A stretch of 18,944 nt of DNA. It comes from a bacterium. Its GTDB lineage: Bacteria; Hinthialibacterota; Hinthialibacteria; Hinthialibacterales; Hinthialibacteraceae. The DNA lies in contig CAXXSM010000081.1 in NCBI GenBank assembly GCA_963663405.2, forward strand, positions 1 through 18,944, written 5' to 3'. Positions 18,943 through 18,944 of the stretch are shown here, piece by piece. How positions within the stretch are numbered: the first letter of the stretch is position 1; each line of letters begins with the position of its first letter. The position numbers and the translations under genes were made by a program. The notes under the pieces were generated by a model. The model saw only the letters and a list, made by a program, of their open reading frames with translations. It was not told where the DNA came from and did no database searches.

Positions 18943-18944
18943 GG

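Overview
Bacterial accessory/mobilome-rich window. The left 8.4 kb is bracketed by two nearly identical 850-nt ORF-less group II introns (23-872 and 7505-8354). Both have a non-canonical GTTTG 5' end and both sit right after a T-tract, which for copy 2 belongs to a complete intrinsic terminator. Between them are a large DDE-type transposase element broken by one in-frame stop, an ISL3 element with an 8-bp TSD that splits a truncated gene and carries an extra structured segment, a thioredoxin-family gene, a tRNA-Gly 3' fragment and a frameshifted DUF1080-like pseudogene. The middle holds an intact catalase (katA), a decayed integrase-core transposase, a cryptic zinc-ribbon ORF and a secreted FGE-sulfatase-domain protein whose frameshifted 3' end resembles a DGR variable region. 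The right 4.5 kb has small hypothetical ORFs, a non-coding block with GC hairpins and five copies of ATTTGATTTACA, and the C-terminus of a wHTH + PD-(D/E)XK protein; this looks like part of a cryptic integrated element. All family calls are from motif recognition by eye; no searches were run.
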